Below, piece by piece: positions 24,581 through 37,254 of a DNA stretch of 64,000 nucleotides. The stretch is from positions 231,882,001-231,946,000 of the forward strand of contig NC_058368.1 in the NCBI RefSeq assembly GCF_018350175.1, written 5' to 3'. The translations under genes and the position numbers were made by a program. Source of the stretch: Felis catus (taxonomy: Eukaryota). The notes under the pieces are model-generated. The model was not told the origin of the DNA, ran no database searches, and saw nothing but the letters and a program-made list of their open reading frames with translations. Numbering within the stretch: position 1 is the stretch's first letter; every line of letters begins with the position of its first letter.

Positions 24581-26160
24581 ATTTCTGGTGCTTCCTTATG
24601 GACTAAACTTCTATAATGATATTACCCTTAAGCCTCTTCTAAAATGTATTTTATCAAAGCATGCAATTATACATTCTTTGTTAACGGACTTTACTTTTGC
24701 TCAAATGTTCTTTCGAGAGATATTTAGTGCCCACCATGTTAGGGCATGCTGGGGATACCATGGCCGACCTTCTTCCCGAAGCTTCCATTCCGATGTGTGT
24801 AGATGAGGGAAGGGAGCACGTCGTCCATGAGGAAACAAATGAATATTCGGCATTTCAGGAGCAAACAAATTCTGTCAAGAAAAGTTCAGGAGGCTAAATT
24901 CAGCCTTTTTCATTCTTTCTTCTCCCTTCGCCAGCACTGATGGTATCTGGGAAAATCCGGTCTTTCTCTTCCTCACTGTCCTCTCTCACTGAGAGGAACA
25001 TGGACATAGATGGTTTAATTGAATGAATTGTTGCTATGTTTTGGTGAACAAATAAAGTATTTGTGTTGTGTCAGTTGAGAGTAACCAAATTTTATGTTTA
25101 CCTCTGTAGGGTTTATCAGGGAAAGAATTGGGGGCCACTAAGCAAGTTTGGCATCAGAATTCTTTCTTCTGCCTTTAAAATTGTGAAAAAGATACGATGG
25201 TGGAGCTGGTGTGGTCTTCACACATAGTTTACTTTTGACACAGTGGTAGACTCGTTTTCATTAGGCACAGCTATCTTGGGAATAATCTCCCAAGTCTTGT
25301 TTACGTATTGCTCCCTCAAGACTTTCCTCTTCCAAACTTGGCATGGTTTCAGAGTTGCGGAAAATCTGAATTTTGACCAGATGTTGATTAGATGACTTGA
25401 GAAGTAATGCACTTGGCAGTTTGGCTCAGGCTGGCCCCTCCCACTTGGGGTCATGCATTGGGCAGGGTCTGCTCATCTCTGTCCTCGTAACTACACTGTG
25501 CGGTGAGTGGTTTGGGGGGCTCCTGTGCTGGGTGGGAGCAGATCACCTCCTCTTACCTCCTCCTGCTTCTCTTTTGAAGACACTCCTATTGATGTGATTC
25601 TTAGAGAAACTGTGTGGATCAGCATTATTTTTGCTACGAAAGGAAACACTAGAGAGGAAGGCCCGGGACACTCCCTTGTAAAGCTCTCTGTTGAAACCAC
25701 TTAGCCACCAGAATCTCTTAGAAAGCCCCAGGTGGTTGTGAAGACGGTCATAGGATGCGAGTCTGTTAAATGGCCTCTCAGATTTTTCCGTGAGCTGTCT
25801 TCCTTCAAACTGGATGGCTTCCTTTGGTATAAAAAACGATGCTTTTGTAGATGGACTCTGGGGCACATGTGTAGAAAATGCATTTAAAACTAGATTGGCA
25901 GCTCTGGCATTTTGGTTTGAAAACCAAGAATGTTTGTGAACACCCACATCATTTCATTTTTAAGTATCGATAGGAATGTATTGAGTTCCAAGTGAACACC
26001 GTCCGGAATAAAGCCCACGTTTTTGTGTACCAGCACTTCCTCATTTTGTCAACGTGATTTCTCTCTGTCCGTATGAGGTATTCCTGTGCCCGGAAGAAAG
26101 GAAATACTGTTTTTTTCATCCTCAATTTCTTTTCTCTTTTCAATAATTTTATATCCCTTA

Positions 26161-26502
26161 TGCCGTGGTCTGAATGTTCGTACCCCCCCCCCCCCCCCCG
26201 CCCCAGGATTCGTATGTTGAAATCCTGACCCCTACGGATGATAAGGGTGATGATAGGCGGGTTCTTTGGGATGTAATTAGCTCATGAGGCTCGAGCCTCT
26301 GTAAAGCACTAAGTCATTAGTGCTTTTATAAAAGGGATCTGGCAAAGGTCCCGGTCCTCTTCTACCATGTAAGGATACAGGGAGAAATCTGTAACCCGGA
26401 AGAGGGTTCTCACCCCACTGTTGTGGGTGAAAAATATTCCTGTTGTTTCTAAGCCACCTGATCTATGGTATTTTGTTACAGAAACCTCAACAGATGAAGA
26501 CG
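26161..26502 (+). mobile_element. MLT1A-type MaLR solo LTR
   Basis: tgccgtggtctgaatgtt...ttcgtatgttgaaatcctgaccc...taagccacctgatctatggtattttgttacag. Confidence 0.85.
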
Positions 26503-26693
26503 CCATAGCAGACATTGCATTCTCAAACCAGTTGGAAAGTCTAGTGCCTGGAGAACTGTTTTGCGTTAGAATCTGATTCTCTTGCCGGTTGGGCCACCCG
26601 TGCGGATAGGAAGCCCCAGTGCCAGTCTTTTGCTTAGTTTCTATAAAGAAATTGGTGGACGTGGGGTGCATTCACTTGCTTTCTGTCAAAAAC

Positions 26694-27169
26694 TGTGAAG
26701 GGTCTGGGGTTTGACCCTACTTGCAAGTGAATGGTTAATCTGCCACAATTTCATGGATGCTGGCAGAAGCCACGAGACTCTTGGTTCAGAGACAAAAGAC
26801 TTTGTTTCTAACAGCACAGTAAGCGGCCTGAATATCGTGTTTGCGTTGACTCCTTTTGCTGCCCTACAGACCCCATGGGATAGGCTTGGAGGGCCCAGGT
26901 GAATGAGTACATGCAGTGGATATACGTCATGGCTGAGAAACCCAAATCTTATATAATGAGGGCATGCAAACCCAATCAGTGTGTGCCCCAGAAAGAGACA
27001 TTAGCTTTTATTACATGGGACAGTGATCAAATATGACACTATCTCTGTCTTCCAAGACTGTTGTTATACCAACGTCCTTGGAGAGATGGTTCAGAACAAA
27101 AGTTATCAGTGTCTCTGCTCTTAAAATGTTTAGAAGCCTGAGATACCCATGGTGGATTATTTACCAACA
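26694..27169 (-). mobile_element. ERVL-type solo LTR (LTR40-like)
   Basis: TG...CA ends; tgtgaagggtctg...accctacttgcaag...tttcatggatgctggcagaag...agagacaaaagacttt matches recalled LTR40. Confidence 0.7.
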
Positions 27170-27611
27170 CTTACATACATTTGCATACATCCGTTGACCG
27201 TTCTCAGAATCTTAAAGGTTTGTGGCTTTGTCCATTTTTCTCCTCTTGCAACGAATTATTCCTCACCTTGAAAAATTAACTTCTTTCTTTGTTCTCCTCA
27301 CCCAGCTCACCCTTTTCTTCTTGTCCTACTACTGCATCATATTATGTATTTCCTTTTTATTCATACGAATGGGTATATATTTTCTGATTTTCTTATTAGG
27401 CCTTGAACATCCAGAGGATGTTCATATTGAGTCGTCTACTGCCATGTTTGCTCCTTAGAAGGTTCATGCAAATAAATGTCTGTTGAATGAATTGATGAAT
27501 AAATGCATTCTAGATTCTTGGTAGCAAAAAGAAAAACTCGGAATATCTAATATTAGACACTAATATCTAATATCACATTTTAGTGATCAAATAACAAGTC
27601 ACTTATCTTCT

Positions 27612-27803
27612 ATTTAAAAAACTGTTTATTTTTGAGAGAGAGAGAGAGAGAGAGAGTGAGCGAGCGCAGGGGAGGGGCAGAGAGAGAGGGGGACAGAGGA
27701 TCCGAAGCAGGCTCTGTGCTGATAGCAGAGAGACTCATGAACCGTGAGATCATGACCTGAGCCGAAGTCGGACACTTAACCGCCTGAGGCACCCAAGTGC
27801 CCC
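27612..27803 (-). mobile_element. Can-SINE
   Basis: Body plus (GA)n; diverged TSD aagtcac.t.tcttcta. Confidence 0.92.
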
Positions 27804-27985
27804 AAGTCACGTGTCTTCTACACATTAGCAGAGATATAATCAGAGGTACAAACTAAGAAAGTTGCATTCAAAATTTATTTCCTAGCTCTTATAAGTAGAG
27901 TTTGGGTAAGAAGTACAAATTGCTAAACTGGGAGACTTGAGAATAACTTCAAATAGATTGATTTGTCACTTATCTATTACTGTCC

Positions 27986-28130
27986 GTTTTTATTTTTATT
28001 TATTTTTATTTTAGAGAGATTGGGAATGTGAGTGGGGGAGAGGGGCAGAGGGAGAGAGGTAATCTTTTTTTAATGTTTTATTTATTTTTAAGAGAGAGAG
28101 AGTGTGAGTGGGGAAGGGGCAGAGAGGGGA

Positions 28131-28180
<50 letters not shown>

Positions 28181-28220
28181 CAGATAGAGGGATAGAGAAT
28201 CCCAAGCAGGTTCTGCACTC
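27986..28220 (-). mobile_element. Two tandem Can-SINE 3' fragments with long (GA)n
   Basis: Two T-tail + ggggcagag modules; heads missing. Confidence 0.8.
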
Positions 28221-28335
28221 TATTAATAGGGGATAATTACTCTCAGTCTTCATGGAGAACATTTGGAAGTACAGATCCAGATATGAACGTGGCCAACTCA
28301 TTTTTTTAAACATGTATTTATTAAAAAATTAACTA

Positions 28336-28612
28336 GGGGCGCCTGGGTGGCTCAGTCGGTTGAGCTTCCGACCTCGGCTCAGGTCATGATCTCATGGTTC
28401 AGGAGTTCGAGCCCCTCCCTGGGCTTTCTGCTGTCAGTGCAGAGCCCGCTTCAGATCCTCTGTCCCCCCCTTTCTCTGCCCCTCCCTCCGCGTTGGACGC
28501 TGTGCCGACAGCTCAAAGCCTGGAGCCTCCTTCAGGTTCTATGTCTCCCTCTCTCTCTGCCCCTCTCCCTCGCGCGCGTTGGCTGTTTATCCCTCTCAAA
28601 AATAAATAAACG
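28336..28612 (+). mobile_element. Chimeric Can-SINE with two 3' halves
   Basis: One perfect TSD ttaaaaaattaacta (28321-28335, 28613-28627) around a lengthened element. Confidence 0.9.
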
Positions 28613-29304
28613 TTAAAAAATTAACTAAAAATAGGCCCAATATTTGGCACATGCCAGCCGTAGATTGTACTTGTGAAAGGTGTGATAACCCTGCATCTGT
28701 TGCATTGAACCCGGGCACAGTGGGAAACGAAATCAAATGGATAATCTGTTGGCTCACTGCTAGAAAACGCTCTTTCAAACATTTCCATCTCCATGAAGGT
28801 CAGTTCTGAGCCACTTCTGGCGTGTGTGTCCTTTCGCGGGGTGCTGGCCTCATGGTGGCACTGAGTCAAAGCTGCCGTCGTGTGAGCATTTTCCACGGTT
28901 GTTTCCCGTGAGCCACAGACAGTGTAGCATGGGGAAAGTTCCACGCAAGGACACAGCCCACATTTCTAAGAAGAGAGAACACAGCAAAAGCGACTTGACT
29001 TCGCATATTTGTAGTCTGGAGGAAAATAACTTTAATCCCATTATCAAGGGCTGTCAGGCCCTAATGAGATTTTTCTCTCCTTGTTCCCTTGTCTCCATGG
29101 CTTTTAGTTAGTTCTGTTTTATAAATAGACTCTACTGACATTCTCCCCATAGAAATAAATAGGTTAATAATTAATTATTAATGCTACCAGGGCATCATTC
29201 CTGGGGACTCTTGCAGTAATCAAACTAGGCATGTGATCGAGAGGAAGGTAGAGAGGAAGTAGAGAGGAAGCCATCTTGAAAAAAGTACGTGAGACTTTCT
29301 TTCT

Positions 29305-29508
29305 CTTTTTATTTTATTCATTTATTGTTTCTGTAGACAGAGAGAGTGTGTGGAGGGGGCTGGTAATAGGAGAGTGAGAGAGAGAATCCCAAGCAGGCCG
29401 CACACCCAGCACAGAGCCTGATGCAAGGCTCAATCCCACAACTGTGAGATCATGATTGGCGTCTACATCGAGAGTCGGATGCTAACTGACTGAGCCATCC
29501 AGGTGCCC
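29305..29508 (-). mobile_element. Can-SINE, older and diverged
   Basis: gagaatcccaagcagg...gactgagccatccaggtgccc. Confidence 0.85.
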
Positions 29509-29594
29509 GTGATTTTGTAAATTTCTGAATAAGCACTAGTAGAGGTGATGACAATATGCTTTTTAATGCTTGTTTATATATACTTATTAATTGA

Positions 29595-30200
29595 GAGACT
29601 GTTTTTTAGGTGCACAGCAAAATTGCACACAAAGTCCAGAATTCCCTCTTACCCCTTGGCCCCCCTACATCCCCAGTGGCTCCCCTGCCATCAGGATCCC
29701 ACATAGGAGGGACACATTTGGTACAATGCAAGAACTTATGTTGACATCGCATTAACACCCCAAGTCTATGGTCTACATTAGGGCTCACTTTTGGTGTTGC
29801 ACATTCGCTAGGTTTTGACAAATGTGTGATGACGCGTCTGTCATTTTAGTTTTATGCGCATCATTTCGCTGCACTAAAACATCCTCTGTGCTACACGTAT
29901 TTGTTCTTCCATACCCCCCTAACCTCCAGGAAGCACTAATCTTTTTATCATCTCTATAGTTTTGTCATTTCCAGAGTGTCGTCAACTATAGTTAGATCAT
30001 ACAGCGTGTAGCCTTTGAAGATTGGATTCTTTCACCTAGTAACGTGCATTTAGGGTTTCTTCGAGTCTCTTCGGCTTGACGGCTCATTTTCTTCTTGTGC
30101 TGAATAATATGCCTCTGTCTGGATGGACCACAGTTTCTTTCCCCATTCACCTATTGAAGGGCGTCTTTTTAACCTCACGGTTTAGACATTGTGAATGACG
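29595..30200 (-). mobile_element. L1MC1-like LINE 3' region
   Basis: taggtgcacagcaaaattg...tacattagggctcacttttggtgttg...atcctctgtgct...cattcacctattgaagg. Confidence 0.85.
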
Positions 30201-30479
30201 GTATGCCTTCAGAAGTCTCTTTAATGTGACTTTCTTATGAATAAGCATTTCTGTAAAAATGCAAAGCAGAGGGAATTAGGCTGTTGCAGACACAAGGAGA
30301 CGGTGAGGAGAGCTTGAGTGTTGGGAGTTTGGTGGACATGGGGCCATGTGGTGTCCAACTCCCATGTGTTAACTTCTTCCCCAGATTGCAGTGAGCATGA
30401 AGCCTGGCGTCCCCACTCAGATAGTTGATGAGGTCTCTTTCAGGATTGCCCAAGAGTCCCGTAGAAGAATGATTAGACA

Positions 30480-30845
30480 AACACTGTGTGATGTTTTGTA
30501 GATGTGACTTGGAATCCCTGCTTCAGTACTTCCCATTTGTGTGACGTTAAGCATGTTTCTTCGTCATCCTGCGCCTCAATTTTCTCTTCCAGAAAAGGTG
30601 TCAATAACGCCTCCTTGGTAATGTGTTCACAAAGCCTTGCGTAGAGAAAGTGGTCAACAGGCAATTACTGTTCTCCATCGAACTTACCACTTTCGAACTT
30701 ACTATGACATTCACTTATTATCTTGTTTATTCTTTTTTCCCTTACCAAAACATAAGCTCCTTGTGACTTGTTACCAATGGGTCCTCAGTATCTTGAGAAG
30801 TGTCTGATACTCTTAATAAAAAGCTGTAGAATGGATGGATGAACT
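30480..30845 (+). mobile_element. MIR fragment followed by L2 3' end
   Basis: tgtgtgacgttaagcatg...cctcaattttctctt; cataagctcc...ctcttaataaaaagctgtagaatggatggatgaa. Confidence 0.5.
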
Positions 30846-31267
30846 TTCCAAACGAACTGATGGGTTTGATAGACGCTTCTATGTGCCTTTTGTCTGTATC
30901 CCAGGAAGACTGGTAACGGATTTGCCAATGAAGAGCATGGCAAGTGTTTTTCTAGAAGTCGAGGACCACTAATAGCCAATCAGTTAATTTTACTGTGGTT
31001 CCTTCTCTCAATAAATACACTGAATTAGGCTCTTTACTCATGATTGCAGAACCATCGAATTTAGCCATAAGAATTTGGGACACCGTGTGCCCTTTTCGGA
31101 TGGGTGAAATGACAGTGGCAATAAGTTTTTATCTTTCCTTTAAATTCTTTTTGTGTTTATTTTTTCAATGTGAACATTATTTTTGCAGTGACGATTTAAA
31201 GGTGGGCTGATTAAAATAAAACATGAAAGTTGATGGTAGAAATCTGAACCTGACTTTCTAAAACAAT

Positions 31268-31459
31268 ATTTTTAAGTTTATTTATTTATTTTGAGAGAGA
31301 GAGCAAGTGGGGTAGGGGCAGAGATAGAGGGAGAGAGAGAGAATCCCAAGTGGGCTCTGTGCTGACCGATGTGGGGCTCAAACTCGTGAGCCATGAGATC
31401 ATGACCTGAGCTGAAATCCAGAGTTGGACCCTCAACCGGGGGAGCCACCCAGGTGCCCC
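31268..31459 (-). mobile_element. Can-SINE
   Basis: Head and body recognisable. Confidence 0.9.
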
Positions 31460-32327
31460 TGGCCCCTCAACCTCAATTCGATCAGACAGTTTTGACAATG
31501 CTTATTGTCTGTTCGTCAACTTTTGCTTTCTTTCACAATTACCCGTGTTTGTATCCGTTCGTGACTTTGAATTGCACGTACAATCTAGGTATATAGATAT
31601 GAAAGATCTTCAAAGGCCCTGATGTAGGTGGAACGTCTGCTGTGGACAGAGTACTGCGATGGGCTTCTCAGGTGGGGGAAACGGAGGCATAGCAGTGGGT
31701 CATACCAGTGCAGCCCCTCTGACCGAAGCTGAACTGGAAGCTTCCACATGGCCACGTGTGGCAGAGCCCCGAGGACGACGGCGTGGCAGTGGCTGGGGAC
31801 AGAAGACTCCTAGGTTTCTCTCCTGTTATCTGCCACTAGGTTCTGACACCGCGGTCATCCAAGCCACCCCACGAGGCTGAGGAAGAAGGGATGGAGCCTT
31901 GGCTCCACTCTCTTCACCTGGAAGAGGACAGAAGGACAGGCAGGTGTGGGCGACAGCAGGCAAGGAGAGTTTTGGTGGCGGGCCGACTGCCGCTTACCGG
32001 TTCCGGGAGGGGAGCTGAAGAATGTCAGGGTCTAAGGCTGGGGTCACAGGGGAGGTGATGGTCAAGGACACTGTCCACCAGGGGGTATGGCACCCACAGG
32101 CCACCGCAGCCCTCTCTGGGCAGGTTCTCCCCGAGGAGCCGTGGGACAGCCGGCCACATTCTCCCCATGGTCAGTGGTGGGATCTGGTGTCCGTGGCAGG
32201 TCCCCGCGAGCTGGTTGTTTTTGGAGCTCCACATTATGCCGTTTTGTGCCACGCCGGCCCACGTGAGCACAGTGCCTGGATACTGACCTGTAAGAGGAAA
32301 GAAGTTATTTGTGTCTCAGATATCTAC

Positions 32328-32564
32328 TTTATTTATTTTTATGTTTTTTTTTTTTCAACGTTTTTATTTATTTTTGGGACAGAGAGAGACAGAGCATGAA
32401 CGGGGGAGGGGCAGAGAGAGAGGGAGACACAGAATCGGAAACAGGCTCCAGGCTCTGAGCCATCAGCCCAGAGCCCGACGCGGGGCTCGAACTCCCGGAC
32501 CGCGAGATCGTGACCTGGCTGAAGTCGGACGGACGCTTAACCGACTGTGCCACCCAGGCGCCCC
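32328..32564 (-). mobile_element. Young Can-SINE (SINEC_Fc)
   Basis: Near-identical to other young copies; extra 4-nt GGAC duplication. Confidence 0.95.
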
Positions 32565-32781
32565 TTTATGTTTGTTTTTAACGTTTATTTATTTTTGAGA
32601 GAGACAGAGACAGAATGCGAGTGAGTTAGGGGCAGAGAGAGGGAGACACAGAATCCAAAGCGAGCTCCAGGCTCCAAGCCGTCAGCACAGAACCCGATGT
32701 GGGGCTCGAACTCACAGAGCCGTGTGATCATGACCCGAGCTGAAGTCAGACGGTCAACCGACTGAGCCACCCAGGTGCCCC
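32565..32781 (-). mobile_element. Can-SINE
   Basis: Abuts the previous copy head-to-tail. Confidence 0.93.
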
Positions 32782-32782
32782 A

Positions 32783-32836
32783 TTTTTATGTTTATTTTTA
32801 GAGAGCGAACGAGAACTCTTGTGTGAGTGGGGGAGG

Positions 32837-32881
<45 letters not shown>

Positions 32882-32981
32882 TCTTAAGCAGGCTCCAAGC
32901 CCAGCACAGGACTGGATCCCATGATGCTGGGATCATGACTTGACCCAAAATCAAGGGTCGGATGCTCACCTGCTGAACCCC
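32783..32981 (-). mobile_element. Can-SINE, older subfamily
   Basis: gaatcttaagcaggctcc...gctgggatcatgac type body. Confidence 0.85.
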
Positions 32982-33137
32982 AATACATCTGTTTTCATGA
33001 ATGCTTTTGAGATAAAAGCTACTGATGCTCAAGCCCAATTTTACTGTGAAATTAGTTTAGCTGGGCGTTTTTTTCCCCCCGTAATTCAGAGAAATTAATG
33101 ACGGATCACATGAAAGAAGAAAATGATCTACTTTCTT

Positions 33138-33357
33138 TTTTTTTTTTAATTTTTTTAACATTTATTTATTTTTGAGAAGAGAGAGACAGAGCATGAGCAG
33201 GGAAGGAGAGAGAAAGAGGGAGACCTGGAATCTGAAACAGGCTCCAGGCTCCGAGCTGTCAGCACAGAGCCCGACGCGGGGCTCGAACTCATGGACCGCG
33301 AGATCATGACCTGAGCTGAAGTCGGACATTTAACCGACTGAGCCACCCAGGCGCCCC
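33138..33357 (-). mobile_element. Can-SINE (SINEC_Fc)
   Basis: Perfect TSD aatgatctactttctt at 33122-33137 and 33358-33373. Confidence 0.96.
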
Positions 33358-34425
33358 AATGATCTACTTTCTTATCTGACTTGCTTCTAAAAATCTGGCT
33401 TCTAGTCTCCCAAAGCTCCAGTGGAAGGATGGGGTTGTGCCAGACAAATCTGGCATCAGTTTAAATAAGCCTTATTATACTTGCCTTGTTTCTCTTCTGT
33501 GCTGTGTGGGCCCTTGAAGGAATTCAAACTGGGCCTCTCTTAATGTTCTCAAATTGCAAACGTGGCTCCTTTTTTATCAAACGAGCAGAAGAAAGTTGAC
33601 AGTTGTGTTAAGTGCACTTACTTTGAAGAAATACGTTCAGACATTTTACATATGTTGGATTATTCTACGGACATCGTCCCAACCAAAGAATTCAATTCGT
33701 CTGGGGAGCCGGTGAGGATCATTCCCTCCCTTAATTACAGATTCCTCATAAATGTATTTCAAATAGGCTCTGCCAACTGCTCACTTGTTTAGCTTTTCCA
33801 CAATCATGCGGCGAGAAAGAAAGTGCCCCTGACAGCGTGCGAGGGTAAGGTGTTGGTAGCTGAAACTCAACATTCCATGGCTAAAAATTGGAAATCTTGA
33901 GTGGGACTTGGAGGCAGGGGATATAAAGCAAATAATCACTTAGGTAACGCTATTAGATAGAAAGAAATCTGTGCTTTGAGTCGTAATAGGTGATAGTGTT
34001 AGAAATAACGCTTTCGTCGATAGCGTGCGGTGGTCACGGCTTTTCCCATTTGGAGCTGCATCTGCCCTCCTTCCGGCTCTGCTCCAAGGGCACTTTCATT
34101 TCTTAAGTGTTAAATACCTCCTTCACTTTTTTATTCTGTTTGAATGATTTTGGACATGTTATTTGAAGAGTGGTTTTCCTCAAAATTTCTGGTACTCAAA
34201 TTAGATATGATGGACCAGACATATTCACAATATCTAGCCCGTTCTGTCTCATGGTGGCAAAATACGGTCACCGGCATCTCCGTGGATCCCCCTGGTTCTC
34301 TCCCCAATGGCACCCTCTCGATTACCTTCTGTCTTACCTGACCTAGGGCCTGGCCTGGCTCCTAGAAGGGCCAGCACAGGTATGTGTTTTATGAAAGGCT
34401 GGGGTTTTGCTCCTTTTTGCACAGG

Positions 34426-34455
34426 TTTTTTAAAAAAATTGGTGTGTGTATTTAT

Positions 34456-34496
<41 letters not shown>

Positions 34497-34662
34497 ATGA
34501 GCAGGGGAGGGGCAGAGAGAGAGGGAGAGAGAAAATCCCAAGCAGACTCCCCACGGTCAGCTTAGAGCCCAACTCTGGGCTTGATCCCATCAACCGTGAG
34601 CTCATGACCTGAGCCAAAATCAAGAGTCGGATGTTCAACCGACTGAGCCGCTCAGACGCCCC
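34426..34662 (-). mobile_element. Can-SINE
   Basis: Body with long (GA)n. Confidence 0.92.
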
Positions 34663-34988
34663 TGCACTTAATTAAACTTAATTTTAGTTTTAATTAAAAC
34701 TAAAGAAACTCTTGTATTCTGGGCTGAGCAGAACACCTGCCATTTTGTGTAAATGGCATCTCCAGACAAGTCTTATGAAAAAACTAACATTTTGGCTTTT
34801 TTTTAAAATTTCCAACAATTTCCCTTAGAAGTAACGGGTGCCTGTCTCGGCCTCTCTATAGGAATGCCATCAGCTTGAAATACCTGGGGACACTCACCTG
34901 ATCCTCCCCCCTAGCCCTGGGAGCTTCCCGCAGACATTTCCCCCTTTCCAAACCAAGACTAGACCAGCCCTGTGGTTCCCATTATGAT

Positions 34989-35402
34989 TGCAAGAGACCC
35001 TTCAGCATCAACCATCAGGAAACTTTTGAAAAATAGAGGTTTATATCTTACGAGCAGAAATCGGGGCCACACAGCGAGGTCACGGGTCAGAGAGCGCACA
35101 GGCCTGGGGCCCTGCTTTTATTGGGGTTGAGGGTGGGTGGGGGCCTTGGGGCTCACGGGCTCACTTTTTATTGGTGGATTTGAAATGAAAGAGGGGGAAT
35201 TTAAAGTACAGGAAGAGAAATGATGAGTGATACAAATAGTGATCAAAATTGACCCTGATCTCTTTCAAACAAAGGAGCTGCCATCAGGAGGTGGCCTGAC
35301 TCTTAATCCTGTTGTGTGGCCGGCAGCGTGTTTATCCGAGATAGTTCTCTTTGAGGTTGGATGCCTGGGCAATCAAAGCTTACAGTCGCGGCTGACACTG
35401 CA
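34989..35402 (-). mobile_element. Ancient ERV solo LTR (probably ERVL class; family uncertain)
   Basis: TG...CA ends; ctgcttttattggggttgagggtggg and ggatgcctgggcaatcaaagctta resemble a recalled eutherian LTR consensus. Confidence 0.6.
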
Positions 35403-36153
35403 AACCCATTGTTGTTCGCATAATTCTGCATTCAAATCTCGTTTTTTCTAGCCGGGTCGAAGCCTCTGATGGACAGACACTGTTTGGATGTTATGTCTGT
35501 ATGTGTCTCCTCCCTGTCTGGACCTGGGGAAAGCCTGTGGGAAGACGGCGTGTGAGCCCTGCCCCCAAATTTCACGTTGTTCAGCGTGGGCTAATCATCA
35601 TGAAGATATTAAGTGACTTCTCGCTGGAGCTGAACTCAAAATAACAACCAGAAACCAAACCGATCAAAACAACTAACCAACCAGTGAATATTTCAAAAGA
35701 CGCTTTTTGCGAACAAGGCTCTGTTGAGTTAAAATGCCAAAGAACCCAAGAGGAGAGTTCATACTAAAACGTACTCAGTTGGGAAGGAATTTTATAGATT
35801 TCTAACATTTAAACAAATGGTGGATTTCGAATAGACCTAAATATCTCTCGGTTTGCAGAAAAGAGCCTGAGATGGGCAAATTTTGTTCGCAGCATATAAC
35901 AAGTAAATGTTGTAAATAAATACTGGTGATCAGGGACACACAGACAACACGGTGGGGAGCGTAGACCAGGGCAGTTTAGGAATTGAGTCACTAGGGGACA
36001 TCGAAATCAGATGTGTGCCGACATATGCCCTACATGGACAATGGCAGCAGACCCAGGGGTGACATCAGTCATGGATTTTTCTGGACCTGAGGGCAGTCAT
36101 GAATAATGTTGTAGACAGAGCAGAGTATAGTCACATCAGAAGATGATAGGCCA

Positions 36154-36359
36154 GGGACGCCCGGGTGGCTCAGTTGGTTGAGTGTCCAACGTCGGCTCAG
36201 GTCATGATTTCGTAGTTTGACGGTTCGAGCTCCGCGTCGGGCTCTGTGCTGACAGTTCATCTTCGAGTTCCGTGTGTTTCTCTCTCTCTGCCCTTCCCCT
36301 GCTCACGCTGTCTCTCTCTTTCTCAAAAAGAAATGAACATTTTAAAAATTAAAAAAAAA
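36154..36359 (+). mobile_element. Can-SINE
   Basis: TSD aagatgataggcca on both sides. Confidence 0.92.
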
Positions 36360-37049
36360 AGATGATAGGCCAAGATAGTCTTTCGCAACAGACTTACCTG
36401 GGAAAGACAGCGTATTCTGCATCTGGGGTGATTGTCTAAGTACCACTCACATGCCACGCAGGATGTAAAGTCCCTGACAGTGTGGTCGAGGGGTGCGGTT
36501 ATTTCAGCTCGATTTCCGTTCATGTGCAGATGCCCTTCTGGGCTGGTTTAGCCTGTCAAAGGAAGCATGTAAGAGCGGGCGATTCAAGCCCAAGTGGGCA
36601 TAAGGCAGCCTCCCAGGAGAGCATTTGATGGTGCATTCCTGCATCACTGAGGCAGAACAGAACCACCCTAGGCCACGCGTGAAATGTGGGCGGTGGCCAG
36701 TTTCTTTCCAATACCAGTGGGAAAAAGACAAGGAAGCTGGCTGTTTCTGTGCTGGACTGGAAGTTTTTTGGATAAAAAAGGAAGATAAGAAAATAGGAAA
36801 ATGTAAAATCAATCCTTGTCTTTGACCCCTAACCACAAGTTAATCAGTTCTATGTGTTAGAAGAAATGAGAATTTAGTCAGGTCCCAAGTTGCGAAGTAA
36901 ATATGCAAGAGTCAACAATTTTCTATTTCCCGGCAATAACTGGTTAATATACAACAACATAATGTGATTTTACCTGTGATGGCAGCAAAAATAGAAAATA
37001 TCTAAGAATTAATGTGTAGGGGCCGTGTAGCTCTTTGGTTCCTTCTTAC

Positions 37050-37254
37050 CTTTTAATGATTTTTTTAATGTTTATTGATTTATTTTCAGAGAGAGAGAGA
37101 GAGACTGAGAGAAAGGGAGAGAGAGAATCCTGAGAAGGCTCTGTGCTGTCCACACAGAGCCCAATGTGGAGCTCGAACCCATGAACCGTGAGATTATGAC
37201 CTGAGCTGAAAACAAGAGTCAGATGCTGAACTGACTGAGCCACCCAGAGACCCC
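37050..37254 (-). mobile_element. Can-SINE
   Basis: Head and body recognisable. Confidence 0.9.

Noticed and set aside
33793..33844. Possible 52-nt exon (ttgtttag|...GAGG|gtaagg)
   Set aside because: Short pyrimidine tract and unrecognised peptide; cryptic matches like this are common.
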